Positions 48,577 through 58,962 of a DNA stretch of 64,000 nt are shown here, piece after piece. A model generated the notes under the pieces. That model saw nothing but the letters and a program-made list of their open reading frames with translations, made no database searches and was not told where the DNA came from. The stretch covers positions 31,696 through 95,695 of the forward strand of contig NZHD01000061.1 of the NCBI GenBank assembly GCA_002691205.1, in the 5' to 3' direction. The DNA comes from Deltaproteobacteria bacterium (GTDB taxonomy: Bacteria; Myxococcota_A; UBA9160; UBA4427). Positions within the stretch are counted from its first letter, which is position 1. Every line of letters begins with the position of its first letter. Position numbers and translations under genes: made by a program.

Positions 48577-48960
48577 CTATTCGGGCGGTGCGGAGGCTGT
48601 CTCTGCGGCCCATTTGACCCGGGTGGTGGCTTCGCAGGAGCCACCTCGGACGCCGGAGGGCAGTCTCATGATGGAAACTTTGATGTCATTTTTCTGGATG
48701 GGTTCGATTTTTCTAGGATATGTGGCCGCATATTGCTCGGCGAAGCTGATTAATTCGATTTCGCAATGCTCGATGACCCGATGGATAGCTTCGTTCTTCT
48801 CAATGTATTCTACACGCATTCGGAACCCTGAATCTGTGTTCTGAACACCCACACGAGAGCCAGGCGCGACCTGTCGCATGGGGATGTCGGAAACAAATCG
48901 CGTGTCCGCACAAGCAAAAGCGAAGAGAAAGCACAACACAAGGATTAAGCTGCTCTTCAT
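48577..48960 (-). CDS. hypothetical lipoprotein
   Basis: Internal ATG 48960 gives MKSSLILVLCFLFAFACAD (lipobox-like FAFAC). I recognise no family. Confidence 0.5.
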   Translation of the reverse strand: MKSSLILVLCFLFAFACADTRFVSDIPMRQVAPGSRVGVQNTDSGFRMRVEYIEKNEAIHRVIEHCEIELISFAEQYAATYPRKIEPIQKNDIKVSIMRLPSGVRGGSCEATTRVKWAAETASAPPE

Positions 48961-49241
48961 AAAACGTAGGCCCCTGTTTTTTTGTAACGCTGACTTTAAG
49001 ATTTTTGTGACGATCCCTGCGCCCTTCTGACTATAGGTGGGCAAGGTGGAGTTGCCAGAAAGCTTCAGGTTCCATGCACGGTGTGTGGGGTTTCTCTTTA
49101 CGGTCAGCAGATCTGTATGAGAGCCTCGTCGAAAGGTCGAAGAGATCGAGTTAAAGCTCTATCTTAGATGTCGGAGCCGTGTGACTCAAAGCCTTTCGGC
49201 AGGGTGCGAGATTTGGTTTCTCAAGGAGTGTTTCAACGGAC

Positions 49242-50576
49242 ATGCCTGAAGTGATTCAAGATCTTGTAGACATTTTGGAGAAGAGACAGATTCGGTTTCT
49301 CCGTCTCGGCTGGGTTGACAATGCAGGCGTCTACCGGGTCCATGCCATTCGAGCGCCTCGCATTGCGAAGATGGCTCAGGAGGGGCTGGGCCTGGCGACA
49401 GGGGCTCAAGCCGTACCCGTTCATGAGGATGTGGTGGCCGCAGGGCTGCCTATTGGTCCGGTTGGTCAAGTTTGGCTGCTCCCTGATGCTGAAAGTTTTC
49501 GTGTGCTTCCCTGGGAGCCGGAGCATGGAGCCGTTATGGGTTCTTTTGTTTCACAAGATGGATCGCCATGGGCATATTGCCCGCGGGCTGCGCTGCAGAG
49601 GCAAATTGATCGTCTGTCCGAACGCGGCCTTACGATGCAGGCCGCGTTTGAGCACGAGTTTATGCTCCTGCGAGAAAAAGATGGGATTCTTTCGCACTTT
49701 GAAAGCTCTCATTACGCATCCAGTCATGGGCTGGATGCGGCTGGTCCTGTCCTCGACGAGATGACTCGGAGCCTTGAACAACAGGGCATCGCGGTGGAGT
49801 CGATGTTGAAGGAGGCGGGGCTGAGCCAATTTGAGATCGTGACCGAGCACGGCTCGCCTCTCTTGGCGGCCGATCAGTTTGTGACCGTAAGAGAGACGAT
49901 TTCCGCTGTGGCCATGCGTCACGGACTGATCGGAACCTGTCTTCCGCTTGTCTTCGAAGAGGAGGCGGGAAACGGCTGGCATCTACACTTCAGTCTTTTT
50001 CAAGAGGCGGAGAACCTCACGGCAGAAGGCCCTGTTCTCGGTGAACTCAGCGCCTCTTTCTTGGCGGGGATTCTCGAACACCTCCCGGGGCTGTGCGCGT
50101 TGACAACGCCCAGCCCAAACTCATTCCGAAGGATCCGACCGGGGGCCTGGGCAGGGGCCTACCAAATCTGGGGATACGATAATAAAGAGGCGGCGCTCCG
50201 GGTTCCGTCCGCGCGAAGAGGGGGCCCCACCAACATCGAACTCAAAGTAGTGGATGCGTCGGCCAACCCGTACCTCGCTTTGGCCGCAGTCATGGGTGCC
50301 GGGTTAGACGGGGTTGAGCGGGGTTTGACCTTGCCTGAGCCGGTGATGGAAGACGCTGGCTCACTGGCCAAGGAAGAGAGGCAGGAGCGAGGAATCGAGA
50401 GTCTGCCGTCCCTCCTATCGGAAGCCCTCGCGTGCTTGCGCTCTGATGATGTGCTTCTTGAAGTGTTGGGACCCGAACTTGCCGAGGCCTACTTGAAGGT
50501 CAAAGAGAGTGAGGTCGCGCATTTTGAGGGCGGTGCATTGGAAGCCGAGGTCCGGGAACTGGCGACGGCCTATTGA
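49242..50576 (+). CDS. glutamine synthetase-family enzyme (GlnA/gamma-glutamyl-amine ligase-like)
   Basis: GS beta-grasp N-terminus (RFLRLGWVDNAGVYR) and catalytic region EEEAGNGWHLHFSLF, NSFRRI, and LRVPS. Confidence 0.8.
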   Translation: MPEVIQDLVDILEKRQIRFLRLGWVDNAGVYRVHAIRAPRIAKMAQEGLGLATGAQAVPVHEDVVAAGLPIGPVGQVWLLPDAESFRVLPWEPEHGAVMGSFVSQDGSPWAYCPRAALQRQIDRLSERGLTMQAAFEHEFMLLREKDGILSHFESSHYASSHGLDAAGPVLDEMTRSLEQQGIAVESMLKEAGLSQFEIVTEHGSPLLAADQFVTVRETISAVAMRHGLIGTCLPLVFEEEAGNGWHLHFSLFQEAENLTAEGPVLGELSASFLAGILEHLPGLCALTTPSPNSFRRIRPGAWAGAYQIWGYDNKEAALRVPSARRGGPTNIELKVVDASANPYLALAAVMGAGLDGVERGLTLPEPVMEDAGSLAKEERQERGIESLPSLLSEALACLRSDDVLLEVLGPELAEAYLKVKESEVAHFEGGALEAEVRELATAY

Positions 50577-50648
50577 GGCATCTCTTATTTTGTTCAGTTT
50601 CTCTCTCAAGAATAGAGAATGGCGATGTTGGCCATGGGGAGAGACAGA

Positions 50649-51215
50649 TTAGGAGCCCGCTTCTTTTTGACATGCGTCTAACAATTTCAATATGTGCTCT
50701 CGGCCTAGCTTGCGCATCAACGTCACATTTCGAATGGGGATCTGGAGAGTATCTCTGGCGTTGTCTACGGCACGGCTCACATCATTCTCGCGGAGCAAAT
50801 GAATGAGCGGGTAGGGGGCTCGGTTGGTGTAGTTGGCGGGATCATCGGGTGCGTGTTCGGCAAACCGGTATTCCGGGTGAAAAGATGCAATTTGAATGGT
50901 TCCAGATAATTCCATGTCTTCGATGACGGCGTCGAGAATTCCGAGAAAGTCATTGAAGTCGCCAAAGTCAGCCAAGGCTTCGGTGAGCACGATAATCCGT
51001 GTGTGATCGGGGCCAGCGACCGCAAGGCTTGATAGGGCGAGCTTCACGTCCTCCACTAGGTCGTTTAGCTGCTCTCCTTCCCAGATTTGTAAGTGGAGGC
51101 CTCCTTTTTGGACGACCGGGCCTGCGAAGGGGCAGAGATTGAGCCCGATGACCACGGTTTCGATCCATTGGTTCACGGTGATCAACGCCTTTGTATGTGG
51201 CTTTGAGTCTGTCAT
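50649..51215 (-). CDS. DUF1415-family protein
   Basis: VVIGLNLCPFAGPVVQKGGL and ASFHPEYRF resemble DUF1415. The internal ATG 51215 is preferred. Confidence 0.6.
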   Translation of the reverse strand: MTDSKPHTKALITVNQWIETVVIGLNLCPFAGPVVQKGGLHLQIWEGEQLNDLVEDVKLALSSLAVAGPDHTRIIVLTEALADFGDFNDFLGILDAVIEDMELSGTIQIASFHPEYRFAEHAPDDPANYTNRAPYPLIHLLRENDVSRAVDNARDTLQIPIRNVTLMRKLGREHILKLLDACQKEAGS

Positions 51216-51355
51216 CGAGATATGGATGGGCCTCTCTGACTCGTTCGTGAATCGTTTATGGCTGGAGGTCAGTTGCGGTCTTAACGAACCACATTGTCCC
51301 TTTCTTATGGGAGCTTCCTTTTCCGCGGCCACCCCTTAGAGATCCGCTATTTCGG

Positions 51356-52006
51356 CTAGCCGCCAAACATTGCCGCTTCAGCTTTTAGCAGCGGAATCAT
51401 GACACTGTGTGCTTTGACTCTTTCCACTAGAGCAGAAAGCTTTGGCCACAGTGACGCGTCAATGGAGTACTGGGCATACCCAGCATTGACGAAGGGAGAG
51501 GCCAAGGCGATGTCGGCCACGGTGAGATCACCGAAGATGAAACCTTCTGCCGGTATCTGACCCTCAAGATAATCCAGGATGGGAGGTAAATTTTCATTAA
51601 TAATTTTGTTTACGGCTTCCTCGTCCACTGGCCTCTTGAAGACGTTGGGGACCATAAAGCGTTGGAAGAAGATACCGGCCGCCGATTCGGCCAACACGGT
51701 GCCCCCGTATTCTTCAAGCCAGTCGGCTCGCGCCCGTTGTTGAGGACCGGCGGGATAAACCGGGATTTCGGGGTAGGCGCTCTCGAGGTAGCGGCAGATG
51801 ACCTTAGAGTCAGCGATGTTGAGGTCACCGTCGACCAGTGCCGGTACTTTGCTGAGCGGGCTGACCTTAGCCAGTTCCTGATCGCCTGAGAAAGGCATGG
51901 AGGGAATATGCTCGTACGGCAACTGCTTGATCGCCAAGACAGCCATGGCCTTGCGGACGAACGGAGACGCATTGGCTCCATATAACTTCATCATAGGAAT
52001 GCTCAC
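51356..52006 (-). CDS. glutathione S-transferase
   Basis: GST N-domain MKLYGANASPFVRKA...KVPALVDGDLNIADSKVICRYL followed by a helical C-domain. Confidence 0.8.
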   Translation of the reverse strand: MSIPMMKLYGANASPFVRKAMAVLAIKQLPYEHIPSMPFSGDQELAKVSPLSKVPALVDGDLNIADSKVICRYLESAYPEIPVYPAGPQQRARADWLEEYGGTVLAESAAGIFFQRFMVPNVFKRPVDEEAVNKIINENLPPILDYLEGQIPAEGFIFGDLTVADIALASPFVNAGYAQYSIDASLWPKLSALVERVKAHSVMIPLLKAEAAMFGG

Positions 52007-52367
52007 TTATCTAAGAATTTTAAGTTTTCCAAGGTTTTTAAAAGGGGGTAAAGCTCGAAGTCGATCTCTACCCTGTCGCGCGCTCTGCGCGCAATGCAAA
52101 GGCCCGTCCGCTCGCAGAGACCAGCCCCGTGATCCATGCGGAGTGACTGCATGTCAATTACGCTGTTATTGGTTCACTTTTGGGTTCGTCCACGGTCAAT
52201 TTTTGATTGGCAATTCTTGCCGGGTGGGCCTTTTTGAGTGTGAGGGGGCTGTTGGGTTAGGCGCAGCATTTTTTGTGTTTTCGACCGCTGCCGCAATGAC
52301 AAGGATCGTTTCGACTAATTTTCGGAGCCACGCGAACGACAGGGGTTTTCGGTGGGCAACAACTCGT

Positions 52368-52394
52368 ATCGGTGCAAACCGATTTATTTTTATT
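52368..52394 (+). terminator. orphan terminator-like hairpin with T tract in a gene-free region
   Basis: ATCGGT-GCAA-ACCGAT (52368-52383) followed by TTATTTTTATT. No + strand CDS lies upstream of it. The stem is short (6 bp). Confidence 0.35.
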
Positions 52395-52690
52395 GGCCAG
52401 ATTGCTATCTGTTAATTGAATTTTAACAGTCATCGGATTTTATTCCTGCTTATGAGTGCGGCTCTAAGGTTTATGGTTTTCGCAACAATAGCGTAGCCCA
52501 CTCCCAGAGAGAACGAAGGAGATCTCAGTCGGGCTGTACCTCTTCTTGAGTCCCGAGTTGACTCTGATCCCTCCGAGGCGTTCACCTTGTCTTCTTTGGG
52601 TGTCTCAAATAGAAAACGTTGAAAGGGCGATACAATGAAGCTCGAGCTGATTGACTTGGTCTCCACAAAAAAGCACTGACATTTTAAAGA

Positions 52691-53950
52691 ATGAGCATTT
52701 TTCATACCATGGAGCAGACAATGACGACACCCTCGCGCGAAACTCCTGAAACCGCTTCCTTCACAGGTTGGCGTTCACCCGAGAATATTCGCTGGTCTCT
52801 GCGGAATTTTTCGATTTTACCCAGCGTGATGATCCCACGTGGAGAGAAAGTTTTTGAACTGACGAGTGGCTCCTCGCGCGATATCGAGAATTTCGTGTAT
52901 GAGGATCAAGGACGGTCGATCCGGTTGGGCGATGCGATGAATCAGGAATCTGTGGATGGTTATTTGGTGATCAAGGACGGAGAGGTTCTATACGAAAGTT
53001 ACTTTGATCACTTTCGGGCTCACGATCATCACCTTTGGGCATCTATGACAAAGTCACTGATTTCCACCGCTTATGGAATTGCTGCAGCCGAGCATGGAAT
53101 CGACGAGACCGCGAAGCCAGCGCAGTACTTGCCGGAATTGGAGGGAAGCGTCTTTGAAGAGGTCAGTATTCGTGACGCCTTAAATATGGCAACCGCTCTT
53201 AACTATGAAGAAGATTATGAAGATATGACTCCAGGCAGCGTTCATTTGGAATATTTTAGGCGCTTGGGGTTTCTGGCTGATTTTGAGCTTTTGGCTATCG
53301 ACCCGGCTAAAAGCGATATGCCACGCGGCGTACGTGACATGCTCCCGCAATTCAGACAGGCTTCGGGCGCTGTTTCGGGCGCGGAGTTTCAGTATCAATC
53401 CCCCAATGTAGATGTGATCGGCTGGCTCGTGGAGCGAGTGACGGGGCAACCTCTCAAAGATTATATTCGCGAGAAAATATGGGCGCCGCTGGGAAGTGAG
53501 CATGATGCTGTCTTTACAACCGATGTCGCCTTTACTCCGATTTCTACGGGCGGGTTTAACACAACCCTACGCGATGCGGCGCGTTTTGGAATGATGGCAC
53601 TTGGGGACGGAAGGTTAGGAGACACACGGATTGCCCCCCAAGACTGGATGGCGGATACATATCAATTGACCGATGGAGATTTATCCGCGGCAGCGGCGGG
53701 GATCAATACCGACCCCACTCATGAGAAATACATTCCAGGCTTCACCGGCTACCGCAGTTTCTGGTGGAATTTCGATCAGGCAATGGGCGAACGTCAGGCG
53801 ATGGGTGTGCATGGGCAAGTGATTTACGTCAACCGGGCCCAAAATCTCGTCATTTGTACTTTTGCCAGCCCGGATCAGACAGCCAACATGCTTCGCCCCA
53901 GTTTTAAACAAATGTTAGCCGGCACAAGGGCCTTGGCAGCCAGTCTTTAA
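52691..53950 (+). CDS. serine hydrolase / beta-lactamase-family protein
   Basis: SxxK motif WASMTKSL. About 410 aa. Start ambiguous (ATG at 52691, 52709 or 52721). Confidence 0.75.
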   Translation: MSIFHTMEQTMTTPSRETPETASFTGWRSPENIRWSLRNFSILPSVMIPRGEKVFELTSGSSRDIENFVYEDQGRSIRLGDAMNQESVDGYLVIKDGEVLYESYFDHFRAHDHHLWASMTKSLISTAYGIAAAEHGIDETAKPAQYLPELEGSVFEEVSIRDALNMATALNYEEDYEDMTPGSVHLEYFRRLGFLADFELLAIDPAKSDMPRGVRDMLPQFRQASGAVSGAEFQYQSPNVDVIGWLVERVTGQPLKDYIREKIWAPLGSEHDAVFTTDVAFTPISTGGFNTTLRDAARFGMMALGDGRLGDTRIAPQDWMADTYQLTDGDLSAAAAGINTDPTHEKYIPGFTGYRSFWWNFDQAMGERQAMGVHGQVIYVNRAQNLVICTFASPDQTANMLRPSFKQMLAGTRALAASL

Positions 53951-53956
53951 GGTCCG

Positions 53957-53973
53957 TCGCCCTCAGAGGGCGA
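53957..53973. terminator. palindromic hairpin between convergent genes
   Basis: TCGCCCTC-A-GAGGGCGA, 8-bp arms, located 7 nt after the serine-hydrolase stop. The T tract is weak. Confidence 0.35.
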
Positions 53974-54009
53974 GTCTAGAGGGCCACATGAGGCTCATCT
54001 GAGTTTTTC

Positions 54010-56865
54010 TTAGGGCTTGAAGTCAGGGATGAATAATCGCGCCCGTTGGACGATCCGGTCAAGCGATACACCTGTGGCTCCGCTGATCGTTATTTCTTCT
54101 TTGTAAGCGTCGGGCAGCGCGGGGCTCATGGATTGGAGGCGCTGAGAGAAGGCTAGAGCTTTGTCGTCGTCACCCATTTTTCGACAGGTGTATATGTATT
54201 CAAGTCCAATTTGGTAGTAGCTGGGCAAAAGCACGTCGCTTAATAATTTTTCATAGATAGAGCGAGCCCGTTGCAGAGAGTTACTGCGAAGCGCCCTTCG
54301 GGCGGCTTGCCACTGTCGGGCGAAAGTGAACTGTTTACGCTCGAGAGTGAGTCTCTTTTGAAACCAGGCCTCGAAGGGAAGGTCCATCGGTACTGCGCTT
54401 TGGATATCCCTGTAAATCAACGGATGCACGATCGATGCTTGAAGGGGTGGAAATTTTACTAAATGCTCAGCTACAGATTCTACGGGTAAGCCTGGAAAGG
54501 TTTTAAGAATTTCATTCATTCGATTACCCGCGAGGCTCTTCATGGTGACGTCGAGGACTTCGGGCCCAAGAGGGCTTTCGACCTCTTTGGCCATTTGATA
54601 CTCAAGCCAGACGTTATTATCGTTATTTTGGTTCTTTGCCGAAGACGAATAACGGGTCACCTGATCGGGACCAGTCATGAATAGATTCAAAAGCTCGACG
54701 GGTTGGTTGATGCTGTTGCTGGCTAATTCCTCAGAAATTGAAGGAACCTCAAAAAAATCGACAAGCTTTTCCCAGGGTAGGGTGAGAGGTTGCTGGCTTG
54801 CCAGGATCACAGAGTCAGTCCCGTGAACAAAGATGGCTACATTCTTGAAAGACGCATCGACAGTCGCAATCACGCCTTGATAGGTCTCGGGCGACATGTC
54901 TCCCATCTGCAGCCATTGGCAGAAAATGCCGTTGGGCTTGAGGCGTTCGACGATTCGCATGTAGAAATCAGATGAATAAAGGCTTGAGGCACCCGCAATC
55001 CAAGGGCTGATGGGATCCGATGTGATGACATCATATTTGCGGTCCGTGTACGTGAGGAAGGTTCGGCCATCCTCCGGGTATACCCGAGTTCTTTTGTCGT
55101 CCAGGGGCCGTCCGGTTTTGAGTGAGAAGTAGTGATCCGCTTCAAGTACGCGATTTTCAAGTTCAAGGACATCGACACGGCCGAGGTCAGGATACTTAAG
55201 GACGGAGCCAGTCGTGCTGCCGGTCCCATAACCAATGACCGCGACGTCCTCTCGTGTCTTTGCAAACATCATCGGGAGATGTCCCAGCATCAGAAGGTGA
55301 CGCCGGCTGTCCTCATTGGTCACGGCCACAGGCTTTCCTGATACTCTGAGGCTTAATCCGCCCTCTTTATACTCGTTCGCGATGACAGCGACCGTTCCAT
55401 TGACGCCTTCTTCCTGATATAAGATCCGGCGACCCTCGTGATTGGAAATGGCTTCGTAGCCCTGTTCTGTTCCAAGGAGCATGAAAATCCCTCGGCTCAG
55501 CCCTAATGTATCGATGTGCGGTGCTGCGATACTGGCCCCGATAAAAGCGATGACGACCGTAACTTGTGCGAGTATTCGCTTTGACCAAAGTGATGGCATC
55601 ATAAAAATAAGCACCAAAGCGAGAAGCATATTTGCAGTCACTAAGAGACGTAGGGATTGATCCAATCCGAGACTTGGCAAGATAAAGAAACCAGTTAGAA
55701 GACTTCCCGCGATACCGCCTATCGTGTTGCAGACGTAGACGCGGCTTACGGCCTTTTCTTTGTCAGGACTCCAAGCGAGAAACACGGGAAACATGGCGCC
55801 GAAAATCAGTGTCGGTGGGAGTACGACGGCAAGGGCTGCTGCAAATTGAACAATGATGAGATTTGCAAATCGGGCGTTTCCGCCCAGCCACCAATAGGCT
55901 TGGATGTAGAGATCCGGGACAAGATTGTAGATAAAAACTCCGAAGAGTGTGACGAAGCAGATTCCGAGCTGCATGACGATGAGTAAGGTGAGCCGGTTCG
56001 TATTTCGTCGCAGTAAGCCAACTCCGAAGATGCTCCCAAGGGCAACACTTACAAGGTAAGCCCCCATCATATTTGTTAGTGCATACGTCGTGGCTCCAAA
56101 AATATTTACGAGATAACGAAACCAAACGACTTCCAGCGAGATAGCGGTCATGCCCGAGATAAGAATAACGGCATCCATAGGCGTGATTCGAAAACGCCTC
56201 GACCTCGAAGGTTTAGGTATATTCGTTTGGAACTTTGACGCGCTCTGCCTTGACTGATTTTGATTCAGATACAAGAGGACTAGGGCTATACCGATGTCTG
56301 TGAGAGCTGCTAATTGAGTTGTGCCGCGAAGGCCAAATGCTGGAATTAGCAAGTAGCCAGCCGTCATGGTTCCGGCAAAGGCCCCCAACGTGTTGATCCC
56401 GTAGAGCAGCCCTCCGAATCGAGCTGTCCCGGTTCGGCCCGTATCGATGGCTTCGACCACGACGGGGAGGGTCATTCCCATTAGGGTGACTGGAGCCATG
56501 AGGAGTACGAAGACGGCACAAAATCTGATAAAAAGAAAGAGAGAATGTGTTTGTGAAAATTCTTGATAGATCCAAGCGAAGACTGGCTCAAATATGTCGA
56601 GCAGGGGGATCGATAAAAATCCGCCAATGGCGATTAGAATTTGTAAATGTGCATAGAGCCGAATCGGCGAGGATCTGCGGAATCGATGGAGACGAGAGAG
56701 GTAGGCGCCCAGTGCCAATCCTGCCATGAAGGACGCCACAACAGTGGAACTGCCATAGAGACTATTCCCAAGGATATAGGAAAGTTTCTTGGCCCAGACG
56801 ATCTCTAGGACCAAACTGGTTGCACCGGAGAATAAGAAGCAAAGGGCGAGCAGGACCTGCCACAT
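54010..56865 (-). CDS. fused MFS-like membrane domain / spermidine-synthase-like domain / C-terminal TPR-like region
   Basis: 951 aa. At least 12 TM helices. PABS-like VAVIGYGTGSTTGSVL and YDVITSDPISPW. Confidence 0.8.
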   Translation of the reverse strand: MWQVLLALCFLFSGATSLVLEIVWAKKLSYILGNSLYGSSTVVASFMAGLALGAYLSRLHRFRRSSPIRLYAHLQILIAIGGFLSIPLLDIFEPVFAWIYQEFSQTHSLFLFIRFCAVFVLLMAPVTLMGMTLPVVVEAIDTGRTGTARFGGLLYGINTLGAFAGTMTAGYLLIPAFGLRGTTQLAALTDIGIALVLLYLNQNQSRQSASKFQTNIPKPSRSRRFRITPMDAVILISGMTAISLEVVWFRYLVNIFGATTYALTNMMGAYLVSVALGSIFGVGLLRRNTNRLTLLIVMQLGICFVTLFGVFIYNLVPDLYIQAYWWLGGNARFANLIIVQFAAALAVVLPPTLIFGAMFPVFLAWSPDKEKAVSRVYVCNTIGGIAGSLLTGFFILPSLGLDQSLRLLVTANMLLALVLIFMMPSLWSKRILAQVTVVIAFIGASIAAPHIDTLGLSRGIFMLLGTEQGYEAISNHEGRRILYQEEGVNGTVAVIANEYKEGGLSLRVSGKPVAVTNEDSRRHLLMLGHLPMMFAKTREDVAVIGYGTGSTTGSVLKYPDLGRVDVLELENRVLEADHYFSLKTGRPLDDKRTRVYPEDGRTFLTYTDRKYDVITSDPISPWIAGASSLYSSDFYMRIVERLKPNGIFCQWLQMGDMSPETYQGVIATVDASFKNVAIFVHGTDSVILASQQPLTLPWEKLVDFFEVPSISEELASNSINQPVELLNLFMTGPDQVTRYSSSAKNQNNDNNVWLEYQMAKEVESPLGPEVLDVTMKSLAGNRMNEILKTFPGLPVESVAEHLVKFPPLQASIVHPLIYRDIQSAVPMDLPFEAWFQKRLTLERKQFTFARQWQAARRALRSNSLQRARSIYEKLLSDVLLPSYYQIGLEYIYTCRKMGDDDKALAFSQRLQSMSPALPDAYKEEITISGATGVSLDRIVQRARLFIPDFKP

Positions 56866-57621
56866 AGAATTCTAATTACGCTTGCCTAGAAAGCCTGAGT
56901 CCTGCGCGCTGCGAAGTACTTTGGTTCTTGGAAAAGCAGCCTTTATGAATAAACGTTTTAGGAAAACCTGTTTTCTAATTTAAAAACATTATTGAGTCAA
57001 CACGAAAATGTTTAAAATAGAGATGTTGTATCCGTGAGCTCTATTTTGAGACTAAAAAATTGGGACAGGATAAAGCTCTGGGTGCCAATGCTTTGTGTAT
57101 GCAATTGATCGGGTGGAGCGATTTGGGCTCCACGGGCCCAGAGGCCACTGTCCCCGCGGGTAGCGATGCCATGGTTGGAAACATGTCTCGAAAGCGTTGA
57201 GTCCAAATTGGTTTAATGGGTGGCTCGATTTAAAGTTTTCTCCACATCTATACGTTGTGAACTCTGAGGCAAAAGTTTGGTTGCAAGGCGGGAGGAGCGA
57301 GAGGCCGGGCCGACTTTCTCATCTAAAATTCAATAGTTGTCGAAAATTTCAACGGTATGGAAAAGGCCAAAAACAGCAGATTGGAGTCTCGGGAGAAGGC
57401 GTGGATCCGAAGTGTTTGTTGTTCTGCCGGGGGTCATCTGGGATCCATGCATGATCTATGAGTGTCGTGTTTAGAAAGTGGCTCATTGAGATAAAATGTA
57501 TCTTCGTAGTGGCAAATTGATTGAGTGGGTTTAATCGAGCGCCAACTTCGATTCAGTTACGAGAATGTCCGTTGTGAAAGTGGAGTTGATTCGCATCTGA
57601 TCCGAGAAGGTTTTGAGAGAT

Positions 57622-58962
57622 ATGGGGATATACGTCGAATTAGACGCAGCGTCGAAGTGGCCCGAGGAGGTCGCGGCGAGCGTTTTGAGTCAGGGTCAGT
57701 CGAAAACGACTTTGCTGTTGCTGGAAGTCCGAGGCAGAAGTGATGTCGATGCGTTTCTCAAAGCACACAAAGCTGAAGTAGATCAAGCGCTCTCGGTCTA
57801 CGGGGGAGTTTTGTTTAGAGGCTTCGACACCCAAGGCGCTCAAGATCTGATGCGCGTCGCGGACTCAGTCCTCGATGAACCCATGGTTTACCGAGATCGA
57901 GCGAGTCCGCGGTCACAAGTGGAAGGATTTGTATTTACTTCGACGGATGCGGCTTCCCACCTGAATATTCGGATGCATTGCGAAAGCTCTTTTACCCATC
58001 GATGGCCTGGTCGGATTCTATTTCAATGCGTCAAGCCATCGAGGTCGGGTGGGGCGACTCCCATTGCTGACGTTCGAGAAGTCTACAAAAGAATTTCCGA
58101 ACCTCTTCGTCGTCGTCTTGAAGAATCAGGCATCAGTTATGTACGTCATTTTGGCAGTGGACCTGGAATGGATTTTAGAGACGTATTCCAGGTGAAAGAT
58201 GAGGACGAACTGCGTCGTTACTGCAAGGAAGCTGGTATCCATATTGGGGAAATGCCGGATGGAAAGCTTCGTCTTTGGCAGACGCGGCCTGCACTAGCGG
58301 TTCATCCGAAGACGAACGAAAAAGTTTGGTTCAATCATGCATGCACCCTCCATGTCAGCCTTCTTGAGAGCGGGCTCCGCGATGCCTTGCGGGCTCAGTA
58401 TGGCGAAAGCAGCCTGCCGCATAATACGTATGCGGGCGACGGCAGTCTCTTGAGCGATGGAGAAGTTGAAGAACTTTACGCGGCTTATGAAGCGGAAATA
58501 CTTCGATTTGACTGGCAGGCGGGGGACGTGCTTTTGCTCGATAATATGCTGATGGCTCACGGACGTGACCCCTATGAAGGGAATCGCGAGGTTGTCGTGG
58601 CGATGGGTGACCCTCTTACATGGGATGATGTCACTCATAGCGGTATGCAGGGATTCAGCCCTGATTGTCTCGAATCCATAGACTCAAAAAAAGATGTGGA
58701 GAAAGCTGGTGAAAAGGCGGTCTTCAACTTGAGTGAAGAGGCCTTGCTTCAGATATTACTGGAGATCGTACGGGAGGCCTTAGAACAACCGGAATTAACG
58801 GCGAGTGACGATTTTTTTGAATTCGGAGGTGATTCGGTGATCGCCGCCAAGGTGGTGCAGGAAGTGGAGGAAAAAGTGGGGCTGACGATTCCGCTTGATT
58901 TGTTTTTCGATACTGAATGCATTCGCGATTGGGCTCGAGAACTTACGATGGCTGAGGTTTGA
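57622..58962 (+). CDS. TauD/TfdA-family (SyrP-like) Fe(II)/2OG dioxygenase fused to a C-terminal peptidyl carrier domain
   Basis: GGVLFRGF, MHCESSF (His 57976-57978, Glu 57982-57984), DNMLMAHGRDPY, then FFEFGGDSVIAAK (Ser codon 58834-58836). ATG 57622 is preferred over TTG 57613. Confidence 0.8.
   Translation: MGIYVELDAASKWPEEVAASVLSQGQSKTTLLLLEVRGRSDVDAFLKAHKAEVDQALSVYGGVLFRGFDTQGAQDLMRVADSVLDEPMVYRDRASPRSQVEGFVFTSTDAASHLNIRMHCESSFTHRWPGRILFQCVKPSRSGGATPIADVREVYKRISEPLRRRLEESGISYVRHFGSGPGMDFRDVFQVKDEDELRRYCKEAGIHIGEMPDGKLRLWQTRPALAVHPKTNEKVWFNHACTLHVSLLESGLRDALRAQYGESSLPHNTYAGDGSLLSDGEVEELYAAYEAEILRFDWQAGDVLLLDNMLMAHGRDPYEGNREVVVAMGDPLTWDDVTHSGMQGFSPDCLESIDSKKDVEKAGEKAVFNLSEEALLQILLEIVREALEQPELTASDDFFEFGGDSVIAAKVVQEVEEKVGLTIPLDLFFDTECIRDWARELTMAEV

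Noticed and set aside
39510-53973. The hairpins at 39510-39540 and 53957-53973 share CGCCCTCAG...GAGGGCG, which might indicate a REP-like repeat family
   Set aside because: I saw only two copies, of different length and loop. Both are adequately explained as terminator hairpins between convergent genes.
57510-57525. A sigma-54-like element TGGCAA-N5-TTGAG about 100 nt upstream of the NRPS locus
   Set aside because: The -12 element lacks the conserved GC, the -24 element has a mismatch, and no bEBP gene is nearby. It is too weak to call.
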